Part shown: piece by piece, positions 1-12,600 of the stretch
Position numbering within the stretch: the first letter of the stretch is position 1
Layout: every line of letters begins with the position of its first letter
NCBI GenBank assembly: GCA_951406725.2
Contig: OX597817.1
Coordinates: forward strand, 35,030,001 to 35,094,000
Direction of reading: 5' to 3'
Source of the DNA: Octopus vulgaris
Taxonomy: Eukaryota
Length of the DNA stretch: 64,000 nt
Notes under the pieces: generated by a model
What the model was told of the DNA's origin: nothing
Databases searched by the model: none
What the model saw: the letters and a program-made list of their open reading frames with translations, nothing else
Translations under genes and position numbers: made by a program

Positions 1-476
1 GATTTAGAATTGTGTAAAAAAATTAAATTTTATGTGTATGTATGTGTGTGTGTATATTCATGCCCGCTTGGCTATGTGGCAATGGATTTCATTTTGTGTG
101 ACACCTTGATCAAGTTTCTTCTACTTTCATGTCAGACTGATCAATGCCCTGTAAATGAAATTGTAGACAGAAAATGCAAAGAAGCCAGCATTGTCATTTT
201 TGTCTTAATGTCTCGTCCCCCTTCTCCATACTTGAATGGGTCAGATGACTAAGGTGGTGGAGTATTTTTTACTGTCAAATGCACTTCCTGAAACCAACCA
301 GCACTTATTTCAAGCAAGGTTATAATCTCCCAATCTATCAAACACCAAACAGCCTAGATATGTTTTTGTTATGAACTGGAAACAAACAACACTGTCTGCT
401 TGTGAGGCCATTGTTGACAACCAATTAACACACATGAACACAAGGGGTAATATGAACTCCCTCACACAAACACGTG

Positions 477-509
<33 letters not shown>

Positions 510-2031
510 CATCATCATCATCATCATCATCGTTTAACATCCGTTCTCCATGCTAGCATGGGTTGGACGGTTCGACCGGGGTTCTGGGAAGCCAGAAGGC
601 TGCACCAGGCTCCAGTCTAATCTGGCAATGTTTCTACAGCTGGATGCCCTTCCTAACGCCAACCACTCCGTGAGTGTAGTGGGTGCTTTTTACGTGCCAC
701 CTGCACAGGTGCCAGGCGAGGCTGGCAACGGCCACGGTCAGATTGGTGTATTTTATGTGCCACCGGCACGGAAGCCAGTCGAGGTGGTGCTGGCATCGGC
801 CACGAGTCGGATAGTGCTTTTTACGTACCACCAGACCAGGGATCCTGGCTGGTTCAATTCGATTTCGATTTTGATTTCGATTTCGCTTGCCCCAACATGT
901 CTTCACAAGCAAAGGGGGTTGGCATGGGTGCCTGTCATACGGTCGCATTGGAGTATTTTACGTGCCATGGCCACGAGTCGGATAGTGCTTTTTACGTACC
1001 ACCAGACCAGGGATCCTGGCTGGTTCAATTCGATTTCGATTTCGCTTGCCCCAACATGTCTTCACAAGCAAAGGGGGTTGGCATGGGTGCCTGTCGTACG
1101 GTCGCATTGGAGTATTTTACGTGCCACGGCCACGAGTCGGATAGTGCTTTTTACATACCACCAGGCCAGGGATCCTGGCTGGTTCAATTCGGTTTCGATT
1201 TCGCTTGCCCCAACATGTCTTCGCAAGCATGGGGGGTTGGCATGGGTGTCTGTCGTCGGATGAGGTTCTATATCGACTTCGCTTGCCTCAACAGGTCTTT
1301 GTGTCCAAGGGAGGAAAGGCATTCATAAGTGGGCTGGGCTCACTTGTCCTGCCTGGTCTTCTCACGTACAGAATATTTCCAAGGGTCTCGGTCGCTGGTC
1401 ATTTCCTCAGTGAGGCCTAAAGTTCGAAGGTCGTGCTTCACCACCTCGTCCCAGGTTTTCCTGGGTCTACCTCTTCCATGGGTTCCCCAACTGCTAGGGA
1501 TTGGCACTTTCTCACACACCTATCTTCATCCATTCTCGCCACATGACCATACCAGCGCAATCGTCTCTCTTGCACACCACAACTGATGCTTCTTAGGTAC
1601 AACATTTCTCTCAAGGTGCTAACGCTCTGTCGAGTATGTACACTGACATTACACATCCATCGGAGCATACTGGCTTCATTCCTCACGAGCTTACGCATGT
1701 CCTCAGCAGTCACGGCCCATGTTTCGCTGCCATGTAGCATGGCTGTTCGTACACACGCATCATACAGTCTGCCTTTTACTCTGAGCGAGAGGCCTTTAGT
1801 CACCAGCAGAGGTAAGAGCTCCCTAAACTTTGCCCAGGCTATTCTTATTCTAGCAGTTACACTTTCAGCGCACCCACCCCCACTACTGACTTGGTCACCT
1901 AGATAACGGAAGCTATCAACTACTTCTAGTTTTTCCCCCTGGAAAGTGACGGAAGTTGTTTTCTGCAGATTTTCGGAGGTTAATGCTCCCGAGCATCTGC
2001 CACATACAAAAACTATCTTCCCAGTTAGCCT
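510..2031 (-). mobile_element. 5'-truncated RTE-clade LINE (RT C-terminus, 3' UTR, (GAT)n tail)
   Basis: ORF 1438..2052(-) has RTE-type motifs LEVVDSFRYLG, RIRIAWAKF, KGRLYDACVRTAMLHGSETW, RLRWYGHVARM. The 3' end CCAACCCATGCTAGCATGG...GTTAAACGATGATG recurs across the window. Confidence 0.9.
798..1260. repeat. About 3 tandem copies of a 160-170 bp unit inside the RTE 3' UTR
   Basis: GGCCACGAGTCGGATAGTGCTTTTTAC starts at 798, 969 and 1128. Confidence 0.9.
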
Positions 2032-2041
2032 ACCTAGTGTA

Positions 2042-2381
2042 CATTTAAACACATAAGGAATCCACTCGTGGGATTCAACACGCTAGAAAGAACAGCTAGG
2101 TTCTATAACCACAAAATTAGGGATAAAATTCGAAAGGAACAAAATGGAAAAATAAAAACATTTTACCATCTAGTTTCCTGGATCAATTAGTTTCTGATTT
2201 TAGTTTAGCAAGTAAATAACATTTACCCGCTAGGTGAAATTGTCATCAACAGGTACACCTTAGATTAAATATATAAACACGAGGTAATCAAACTATGTGC
2301 CTCTTGTTTATACATCCTAAATTTTTCAAAATCTACTGCGCAGACGCAGCCCTTTGAGTGGATTCCTTGTGTGTTTAAATG
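2042..2381. mobile_element. TA-flanked MITE (Tc1/mariner-like)
   Basis: About 28-bp inverted ends CATTTAAACACATAAGGAATCCACTC / GAGTGGATTCCTTGTGTGTTTAAATG, with TA on both sides. Confidence 0.6.
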
Positions 2382-2448
2382 TAAACTGTATTTTATGACT
2401 AATACATAGTCTTTGGACTAAATTTTTACACGTTAGGCCACTGGAAAG

Positions 2449-2484
<36 letters not shown>

Positions 2485-3953
2485 TTCATGTAGTTTTGTG
2501 TATAGTCCCACTGCATGGCATCTGGAGCAGGTGTCTTCTACTATAGCCCTGGGCTGACCAAAGCCTTGTGAGTGGATTTGGCAGATGGAGACTGAAAGAT
2601 GCTTGTTGTATATGTATATACCTTATCGTGACATCTTGTGTTGTAAATGAGCATCACTGTCATTCAGGTGATGTTTGTTTCTGCTCTGCTATGAGAAACA
2701 TGTTTGATCAAGAAGAAATATTTTGGTTTCAAATTTTGGCACAAGGCCAGCAGTTTCAGGGGCAGGAGTAAGTCAATTACATTGACCCCAGTGCTCAACT
2801 GGTACTTATATTGTCAACCCCGAAAGGATGATCAAGTAGATTGTTAAATAATCCATTCCAGTCATGACTATCTCATATCATTACAGCATATCCTTCTTTT
2901 TTTAACCTAGTAGCATATGGTTTGTAGTGAATTTGACTACTATTTTTAATAGGTTGAACAACTACAGTAAAGTACATGTAGGTAACCTCATATATGTTTG
3001 AAATTTTATCTGATTCAAGGAAACTGACAGCTGACATAATTTATTCAAAATCATTTGTAACAGTAACTGCCCTTTAATTTGACATAAAACTAGTGGAGCA
3101 GCATATTCTGACAATGATCTAATAAGCTCCATGTTAACAATTAGTACTTCTATAATGAGTAAGATAAAATTTCCTAAGGATTTTCAGGAGGAACTGCTCA
3201 ATGATAGCACCGCTTTCAAACTACCAGAAATCATGCCATTTTGTATTCTGTAACTGCTTAACCTGAATGTTTTAAGCTGTAGCAATAAATCATAACAATG
3301 ATGATGATGACCATGCTCATCATTTAATGTCCTTTTCCATATAATAAAAATAATAATGAAATTATTGTATACAGTGCTCAGGTGCACCACAAAATATTGA
3401 CATTGGTTGAACAATTTGACTTGATCAGATGAGCTGCAGCGCTGTATCAAGGTTGAAAAGTAGCTTGCAAGATGGGAAAAGAACAGGGAATGGAAAACGC
3501 CCCCTTGGCTAAGTGTGTGTATGGGTATTTGAGAAGGGAGAGATGGATTTATGCCAGGTGTTGAGAGGTTAAAGTTTGATAGACAGAAAGGTGGAAGCAT
3601 CTTTCTATAGAGAAGATACATACTACCCTGCATTTTATAAGGGAGTGTGCAAGTAGCTGGGGAGCAGATAAAATGGGAGTGATAGGGTGCCTGAACAAAC
3701 TCTCAAAGACAAGAAGGAGAGCATAAGAAAGGATACGGACAGTGGATTAGGATGGTGGGGAAAAGTGGGTATAGTTTCACAAGAGTGTAAGGGAGAGTGA
3801 CAGATGGTTGAAGATGAGGTTAGATGTAATAAAACTGATTTGTGATTGGAGGCACTTTATAACTTTAAAAGCCATTTTTTTTACTGAGATCATGATATAA
3901 GATTCTACAATTGGAATGAAATTGCATAATGCTTTAGGTTTATTTATGGAATA

Positions 3954-4254
3954 CTAGCAGTATTGCCCGGCGTTGCTCGGGTTTGTAAGGGAAATAACTA
4001 TAAGCATTTTTAGAGAGTTACTTCCCTTATATAATAGCAAAAAAATGCATTAAAAATGGGAAAAAATAATGGTAAATTTTTTTTTAAGTCGTAGACTCAT
4101 CGTAGATGCGCGCTAATACCCAGAAGGGCTCGATATGAATCACGACTATAAGATACCCGCTTTTGGTTAAACTGCACCGCAAAATGTGGGAGTAGTTAGG
4201 AATCTAAATCGTAGGAGACAGACACTCACACAACTTCACTTCTATATATAAAGA
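3954..4254 (-). mobile_element. Non-autonomous Helitron
   Basis: Minus strand starts TC and ends with hairpin CCCGAGCAACGCCGGG then CTAG, between host A and T. Related copy at 63185-63698. Confidence 0.75.
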
Positions 4255-4914
4255 TTAGCAACCTTCCCAACTGCAGGGTTCTGGGCTTGATCCTGTTGCA
4301 GAGCATCTTGGGCAAATATCTTCTACTACAGCCTTGGGCTGACCAAAGCCTTATGAGTGGGTTTGGTAGACAGAAACTGTAAGAAGCCTGTCATGTATAT
4401 ATGTGTGTGTGTATGTGTTTGTTCCTGAGTTTAAGTTCTCAGTGAAAAAAAAATTATCTACAATAGACTGACATATATCCAAGGAGAGAGTTGTCTTTCA
4501 TTGGCTTAATGGTACAAAAAGCAGAATTAAGTACTGATCCAGTTGAGCTGGGTACTCTGTGAAAGGATTTACTCTATGGACATTGTTGCAGAATGTTTTC
4601 TTTTAACAAGCTAAGATGAGAATTAACATTGATCAAATAGATGTGGCATATTTTGAAAGAATGACACATGTCTACCATAGATGTACACAACAGTATCTAA
4701 AATAAAGTTAACTTAAGAGTTACTGATAAATTATTAGTAACAGGTTAAAATGCAAAACTATTGACTGTAAGAGTTCAATGTATGCTACAGCTTGGCAAGG
4801 CACTTGATCTTTGTCAGACTTACTGGAAATTTGATAAAATTTATAATGGTTCAGTAACATCTGATTGGGAAAAATATATTTATTTTAAAAATATGTAAAC
4901 TCCCACTATAAAAC

Positions 4915-5685
4915 ATCATCATTATCATCAACATTTAATGTCCGTTTTCCATTCTGATGGGGGTTGGACAGCTTGACAGGAACTGGCAAAGCCAGGGGCC
5001 ACATCAGATTCTATAGTCTGTTTTGACTTGGTTTCTATAGCTGGATGCCCTCCCTAATGCCAACCGCTTTACAGAGCGTACTGGGTGCTTTTTACATGAC
5101 ATCTTGATTTTAGGGTCTCAATACTGTCTTTCTGAGTATAGCAGTGCACCACATATCTTGTTGCTCCGTCATCTCCACCTTTAGTGATTGGTACTTCTTA
5201 ATGCAACTCTGCTCATCCATCTGCATCACATGACCAAACTGGTGCAGTTTCCTCTCTTGCACATAGTATATAATTCCTCTTATGTCCAACTTCTCTCTCA
5301 AAGCACCAATCTTCTGTTGCACATGCACACTGATATCACACATCCAGCAGAACATATCAACTTCGTTCCTCTCCAGCCTTCAAATGTCCTCTACATTCAG
5401 GACCCATGTCTTACTACCATGCAGCATCACAGTTCATACACATGCATCTTACAATCTTAGTTCACATGGAGAGATAGAGAGAGAGAGAGACCTTTGGTTG
5501 CCAACAGAGGTAAAAGCCCTCTGAACTTTCTCCATCCTATTCTTATTCTCGCAATTACACTTTCTGTACAACCTTCTCCACTGCTAATTAGATTACCACT
5601 GAGACATTTAAGGAAATCAATTTCCTGTGTCTCTGTGGTCTTTATGGCTCCTATACATCTTCCACATACAAACACTATTTTCTAA
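4915..5685 (-). mobile_element. Degraded RTE LINE fragment
   Basis: Broken ORFs 5457..5675 and 5110..5355 match the RT of the 510-2031 element; same type of 3' tail. Confidence 0.8.
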
Positions 5686-6917
5686 AACCAAAAGCAACGT
5701 TAAAACATTTTTATTTATTTATCTTTATGTGATAGGATTTAACCTCAGCTTTATATAAATAAATTGCTTGTCATTTTCCAGTTAGTTCAGTATTCCATTT
5801 CACACTCTCCCGCCATCTCTAATTAGGGCAGGGATAAGGCAAGTGCATTGAATTGGTAGAAATATGATGTAGAAGCTGGAAATCAGTGGTTGTAGAGTGT
5901 TGCTAAGAAAGGGATTTCTGTCATGGGATAACATAAAGAGTACCATTTGTCCCATTTTTGTTCTTTTTCCCATTTTAGAACAGATGCTGATAGAGAGAGA
6001 TGATGATGTAGCTTCTATGCAATTGCCCAGCCTGCTATATATAGTTGCTAAATCACCTTTAAGTAGTACCTTGTAATTTTAGAAAAGAAGGGACAGATTA
6101 GATAATGTAGTTCTAAATACACTATTCCAGCATAAAAATTGGAGTAATCACATTTGGTATGCTTTTTATCTTAGGTTAAACATCTTGCAAACTTGTATAA
6201 GCAAGAGGAAGTGATGAAATTACTTTTCTTTCCCTCACTCACCCAACAGCCAAACTTAGAGGATTTTGTGGGCTTTTTTTGTGTGTGTTGATTTTTGAAT
6301 ACTTAATTCTTTTGTACTAATAATAAAAAATAAAAGTAAACACATAATTTGTAAATGTTGTGAAAAGGTCATGGGCTATACTGTGCTATGTCAACAGTGG
6401 TTATATTGTACCTTTAGTCAAAACATATAAGTTTATTAATTCAGTTTCACCCTAGCTACTTTTTTTTCTACCACAGATAAAAGGTTAGCACAAGAAAAAG
6501 CTCTTTTTATGTTAAATTCTTTGTCCAGTTTTTTTTTCAAATATATAAATTTCTAAAACTGTATAACTCCTGTTGAATGTTTAAAAATTGAATATAAGAA
6601 ATGTTTATTCAATAAATTATACTAATACCAACTCAAGCTCCTAGCAAGTCAAGTTTAGTTTCAATATCTAGTTCCCATCATTTCACTATTTTATTAAATG
6701 GAAAGGGTTGTTCATACATTTCCTGAGAATTATAACAAATATTAAAATCTTGTTATCATTTAATCTGACGTTTTCTGTCTGTAAAAAATCATTAATAATA
6801 GTGCTTTTTTTGTTTGTTTGTTTTTAAGTATAATACTTTTATATAAGTTCAGAGACTCCTTTTATATTTTGTCATAATAGTGTAATTACTGAGAATTTTA
6901 ATAAATATTAAAATCTT

Positions 6918-7370
6918 AAGGCAGTGAATTGGCAGAAATGTTTGCATGCCAGGTGAAATGGTAAGCGGTATTTCGTCTGCGGCGAGCTGGCAGAAACGTT
7001 AGCATGCCGGGCGAAATGCGTAGCCGTATTTCGTCTGTCGTTACTTTCTGAGTTCAAATTCCGTCGAGGTCGACTTTGCCTTTCATCCTTTCGGGGTCGA
7101 TAAATTAAGTACCAGTTACGCACTGGGGTCGATGTAATCAACTTAATACCTATGTCTGTCCTTGTTTGTCCCCTCTGTCTTTAGCCCCTTGTGGGTAATA
7201 AAGAAATAGGTATTTCATCTGTCTTTACGTTCTGAGTTCAAATTCCGCTGAGGTTGACATTGCCTTTCATCCTTTCGAGGTTGATAAATTAAGTACCAGT
7301 TGAATACTGGGGTTGGTCTAATTGACTGGCATCCTTCCCAAAAATTTCAGCCTTGTGCCTAGAGCAGAAC
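6918..7370 (+). mobile_element. Nested tRNA-headed SINEs (family B; GCCTTTCATCCTTTCGGGGTCGATAAA core)
   Basis: Inner copy 6980-7208 is flanked by GGTATTTC(G/A)TCTG inside an outer copy. Other family B copies near 36290-36630, 46113-46345(-), 47320-48075, 52285-52500(-), 59480-59680, 60433-60816. Confidence 0.85.
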
Positions 7371-7483
7371 AAAAATAAATATAAAAATCTTGTTACCATT
7401 TAATCTGAGGTCTTCTGTCTGTGTAAGAAATCATTAATAATGGTGTTTTTTGTTTGTTTGTTTTTAAGTATGAAACTTTTATA

Positions 7484-8773
7484 CGAGGGGCGTTCAATAA
7501 GTAATGCCCCTGACCCACTTCCCATAGCAGTAGAGCAACGAAACTTGGCACAGTTATTAGTTTTTTTCTACATAGGAACCACCCAGAGTTATGCATTTCT
7601 CCCATAGTTTGATGCGGCTCTGGAGACCGTTTTTGTAGAAGAACCCAGCTGGGTCCTCCAACCTCAACGTAACTTCAGAAATCAAGGTTGCATCATCTGG
7701 GAAACACTTTCCTTTCAAAAACAACTTCATGATTGGGAAGAGGTGAAAATCAGAGGGTGCAAGGTCAGGAAAGTAGGGGGATGGGGAGGAGTTCATAGCC
7801 ATACGCCTGTGCTTCTGATCTGGCGACAAGCGAGTTGTGGACCGGAGCGTTGTCCTGCAGGAGGAGGATGCCTTTGCTGATCTTGCCCCGCCTCTTGATT
7901 TTGATAACTTCTCTTAATTTCCTCAAAAGTGAAGCATAATAGGCTCCTGCAATTGTGGTACCCTTTGCCAGGAAATCTGTCATCACTACTCCGTCCTGGT
8001 CCCAGAAGACTGTGAGCATGACCTTGCTAGCGGAGGGCTGCACCCTTGCCTTCTTTGGAGGGGGTGAGTCACGGTGCTTCCTCTGCATTGACTGGGCTTT
8101 GGTCTCTGGATCATCGTGATGGACCCAGGTTTCATCCTGTGTAATCAGTCTTTTGAAAAATTTTGACTCATCTTCTTAGCACATCTCCAAATTCACCCTC
8201 AAGCACTCGACGCGTTCTTGCTTCTGGAAAGGCGTGAGCAACCTGGGAATCCATCTGGCAGACACCTTTTGCATATGCAAATGGTCATGAATGATAGTTT
8301 CCACAGACCCGGTACTAATCTTGACCTCATGGGCTATTTGGCGAATAATTATGCGTCGATCTTCCAAAATGGCAGCCTCAACTTGACAGACAGATGCCTC
8401 ATCAATGGCAGAAGGGGGCGACCAGATCTGGGAGCTGTTTCCACAAAGTTCCGACCATGTTTGAATTCACGATGCCAGCGTTTTACAAGGTCATATGATG
8501 GGGCATCATCACCATAAGTTACTTTCATTTCATCAAAAGTCTCCCATGGTGTGCGTCCTTTCAAATACAAAAACCGGATCACTGCTCGACACTCAACAGG
8601 CTCCATTTCACACTTGACTCGGTTCAAACACCTGTAAATCAGAAACCACAATTAATTCAGAGCTGTAATTTGTCACTTACTCTATAGAGATATAAATGAT
8701 TGCACATGCAAAATTTCAGCTAGATCAAACAACTGCAAGTGGGTCAGAGGCATTACTTATTGAACGTCCCTCG
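7484..8773 (-). mobile_element. Full-length (1290 bp) mariner with frameshifted transposase, probably irritans/Himar1-like
   Basis: 37-bp TIRs with 2 mismatches and TA TSD. Transposase pieces from ATG 8606 to 7557 include RSGRP, WIPRLL, LLQDNAPVH and YFPDLAPSDF across several frames. Confidence 0.95.
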
Positions 8774-9524
8774 TACAAGTTCAAAGACTCCTTTTATATT
8801 TTATTATAATACTTATATAATATTATAATAACATTTATCATTAAAGAATAAAAAGACAAAATTTACATTGGGAGTGTCAGGGCATCCTCTAAATGAAACT
8901 ATGTTTTTTCTAGTTCCTTACCACCTTCTTTCAAATAATGCTGACCGTTTGACTTGATACAGATAATTTTTAGAATAGAGTTATTATTTGAATATTTATT
9001 TTTCTGATAGATACATTATAAACACTGGAGGCATGGAGAGCAAATATAATAATTCTTATTTCTCATGTTGGCACACAGCTACAAATTCTGGGGGGAAACT
9101 AGTGGATTGGATTAATTCTAACGCAAGATAGCATTTATATTTTATCAACCTTTGATGGATGGAAGGCAATCTTAATGGAGTCTAAGCATAATCTGATGCT
9201 CTACTGGTGCTGCCATTTTATAACATTAACAACAACAATCAATATAATGAGAATAACAATTCTTAAATTTGTACAAGGCTATTCTAATGGGAATAACTGT
9301 TTAATGATTGTGTCGCCTTTAGCTCAATATACTACTGTTTATGTTAGTGTGCTGTCAAGAGATAAGATTTCTTGCAGAGTCAGTTATATTGTAATTTACA
9401 TTCTTTGTTTCATCTTTGGATATTTAGGAAAACTTTTTCTTTGTTTTTGTTTGTCTGTTAATTTATTTTTCAGTTAGGTAGGTTTTTTTTTTTTTAATGC
9501 AAGAAAATTTCTTGTCTCTTTCAG

Positions 9525-9663
9525 AGAAATACACTCCTCAGCGAAGTGGATTGCGTGAACGTAAGCGAGCAGAGTCTCCAAAACAAACTGAACCAAGTGT
9601 TACAGAAACCTGGACACCAGAAGAACAGTTAGAATTATGGGAAATCAAGCAGTTTGGAGAAAA
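9525..9663 (+). CDS. BPTF: BPTF exon
   Basis: [45 protein letters not shown], a conserved BPTF block. Confidence 0.9.
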
Positions 9664-12600
9664 GTAATTTAAACTTTCTACTTGTTTGGTTTTGTGCATT
9701 CATCTTCCTACAGTTCTAAAACTATATTATTATTTTTTTGCTCTTTGAGATTTTTTTCTCTTTAAGTATTTTAATTGGTTTATAAAATTTATTTACTGCT
9801 TTGAATATTAGATGTATTTTATATATTTCATTATGTAAATATTTAGAAGGAATTATATGTAATGTTGAATCAAGAGAGATGATAATTGAATGAGTCTGGC
9901 TAAAGTAGTAAAATTGACATAAATTGTCGAGTAGTAACAAGATCTAGAATTCGAAATATAATAATTACACTGGATTTTGATTTAAATGATAAACTTTGAT
10001 TATCTTTTCAGGTTGGAAAAACAGCGAGCAGCATTGCAAGAAAAGACTAGTCAGCAATCTAGTGTTGGTGCAAGTAGTTCTCCTTCAAGCAGTGGGTTAC
10101 CACAAAATGCTGCTCAAATCAAAGCTCAAATGGAAATGCAGCTCAAACAGCAGCGTTTGAATCTTCAACAGAAACGGCTCTTGCAGGAAGCTGGCAAGGC
10201 CAATGCCACCAGCTCTGGAGGTTCTGTGGTGTCACTTGCTTTGGGTGTAAACAGTTCATCTGCACAGAAATCTTCAAATACACCAACTATAATAACAACA
10301 CCTGCTGTAATAAAGAGAGTTCAAGTGCAACCAAAAACAATTCTCACTTCCCCAGGTAAGCTTTCTGGATTTTTTTTTTTGACATTAAAAATGTATTATT
10401 CTGTTTATTTATTTGTTTGTTAGCTTGCTTTTACTTAAGATAATGAAGTTACTGAATGTGTGTGTGAGTACGTGGGAGAGAGAGAATGGTCAGGCATCAA
10501 ACAAATTGATAAAGGTATTTGCATGAATTCAATTCTTCCTACTTTATTCACTACTTTTCAAGCTTCTCTGTGCCTTATTTATGCATGCTTTTACCTGTTT
10601 AAAACACACACAAGTTTACACTATAAATTTTTCATTATTTTAGCTGCTGCTGCTCTGTCGAACAGTTTGTCAGCTACTACTGCCAGTGCCATCCGGCCAG
10701 GTGTGAAGGTTCAGTTACCAGGTACCACGATTACACTTCGCCCTACAACTAATGTTACTCTTGCACCTAAACCAGGTACTGTGGTTTCCACAGCTAGTGG
10801 AGCCACAGCTCGGCTTATTTCTCCAGGACAGTTGCAGGCCACTCGAGGTAATTTCTCATTTTATTATTACTTCAAATTGATACCACTCTTTTATATTTTA
10901 CTGTCGCAAGTATCCTATTTAATCAAAATAATCTGTTGTTTTATGTTATATATGTATGTTTGCCATTAGTCAGGTGCATGAGACTCTAAGGTGTGAAGTA
11001 ATAACCAGTCTAACCAACACACTATTTGATGTGTGTGTGTGTTTGGAGGCATGTAACTTAGTGGTCAAGGGGTTAGACAAGTGGTTTTCAACCAGGATTC
11101 CGCCAGTACAGTGCAGGGGTTCCGCAAGAAGTTACAAAACTGCTAAAATCGGCAGTAATTTTTAAGTCTCCTGTGCAGATATGTGTGCATAAGACTATTA
11201 CATTATTGCACAGGGGTTCCTCGAGCCAGTGGAATGTTTCCTTGGGGTTCCGCTCCAGCAAAAAGTTTGAAAAGCACTGGGTTAGACTCATGATCGTAAG
11301 ATTATGGTTTTGATTCCTGGACTGGGCAGCACATTGTGTTCATGAGCAAAATTTCATTTCATGTTCCAGTCCACTCACCTGGCAAAAGTGAGTAATCCTG
11401 CAATGGGCTGGCGTCCCATCCAGGGGAAGGTGGTGGGGCATATATACATCACAGAATGTGGGAAACCTGCCTTATGAGTTTATATGGCTTGGGTAGGATT
11501 TTAAACTTTTTTTATCGTATATATATATATGTATGTATGTATGTACTCTGAAGCAGAAGTATTAAAACCAGTTTTTCTGGTGGTGTAAAACATGTATAAC
11601 ATATTATGCTTTACATATATAATATATAAATATAAAAATATCAGTAATTGTTAAAATATATAACATAGAGCAATAGAAATTGGGATAATATCTTACAGCT
11701 GTTTTAGCCAAGAGGCAATAATACCTCATTCTACTTTTATCCCTCCAATTGGACCAAACTCAAACAAGGGACAAAACATCAAAAGTGACCGTATATATCG
11801 TCTCATCATGTTGTCGTTAATCGCTAAAATTACATCCATAATTCCTTCTCTGAATCCTCACATATCCTCTTCTATATATAACTATACCTACATATTACCA
11901 AATTGTAGTCATTATTGCTAAAAGTATGTTCAGAATCTATTATATCTGACAAATCGCCTAAAATTATCTTCAAAATCTATTATATCTGACAAATTGCTTC
12001 AAATGCAAGACTCCATCTGACAAAATGCCTAAAATGCAAGATTCCAAGTAATATTGTGAAGTCACTGTTTGTTTTAGTAAATAATTAAATTGACATAATG
12101 TCTAAAAGTTGATGAATACCACCTTATTGATCCCCTCCATTTTCTTATTGCCCCCCCTCTCTCTCTCTATATATATATATATTTACACACACATATACAA
12201 ATTGGTACAGAATCTATATTTTCTGAGATTTTAGTATTGATATTTTCTTTGAAGATGTTAAAGGAAACGACTATATGAACTTACATTTTGACCATTTCAG
12301 CTACTGTTCAAATAAGACCACAAGTTATTGCTCAAGGTATGCCTGGTCAAGTACAGAATGTACAAATAATCCAAGGACCTCAAGGACAGCTTCAAGTACG
12401 AGGACTCTTACCTGGTATGTTTTGGGTTTTATTTAATTTTTTTTCTTCTTTTTTTTTATTGTTATAAAATGATAGTGAGATTGGAGTAGCTTCCAAGTTA
12501 CATTACTACTTCACTGAATAAGTTTTCTATCTAAACTTTTTTATGATTCAAGTAGAAGTTCTAATGTTTGGCATAATGCATATAACTTTATAGGGAAAGA

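Noticed and set aside
798-1260. CRISPR-like regular repeats
   Set aside because: Whole units repeat without unique spacers; eukaryotic context with no cas genes.
550-1328. 237-aa and 143-aa ORFs with internal repeats
   Set aside because: Antisense reading of the tandemly repeated RTE 3' UTR; no independent coding evidence.
3184-3633. 149-aa minus-strand ORF
   Set aside because: Runs across mixed RTE/CR1 tail fragments and degraded repeat sequence.
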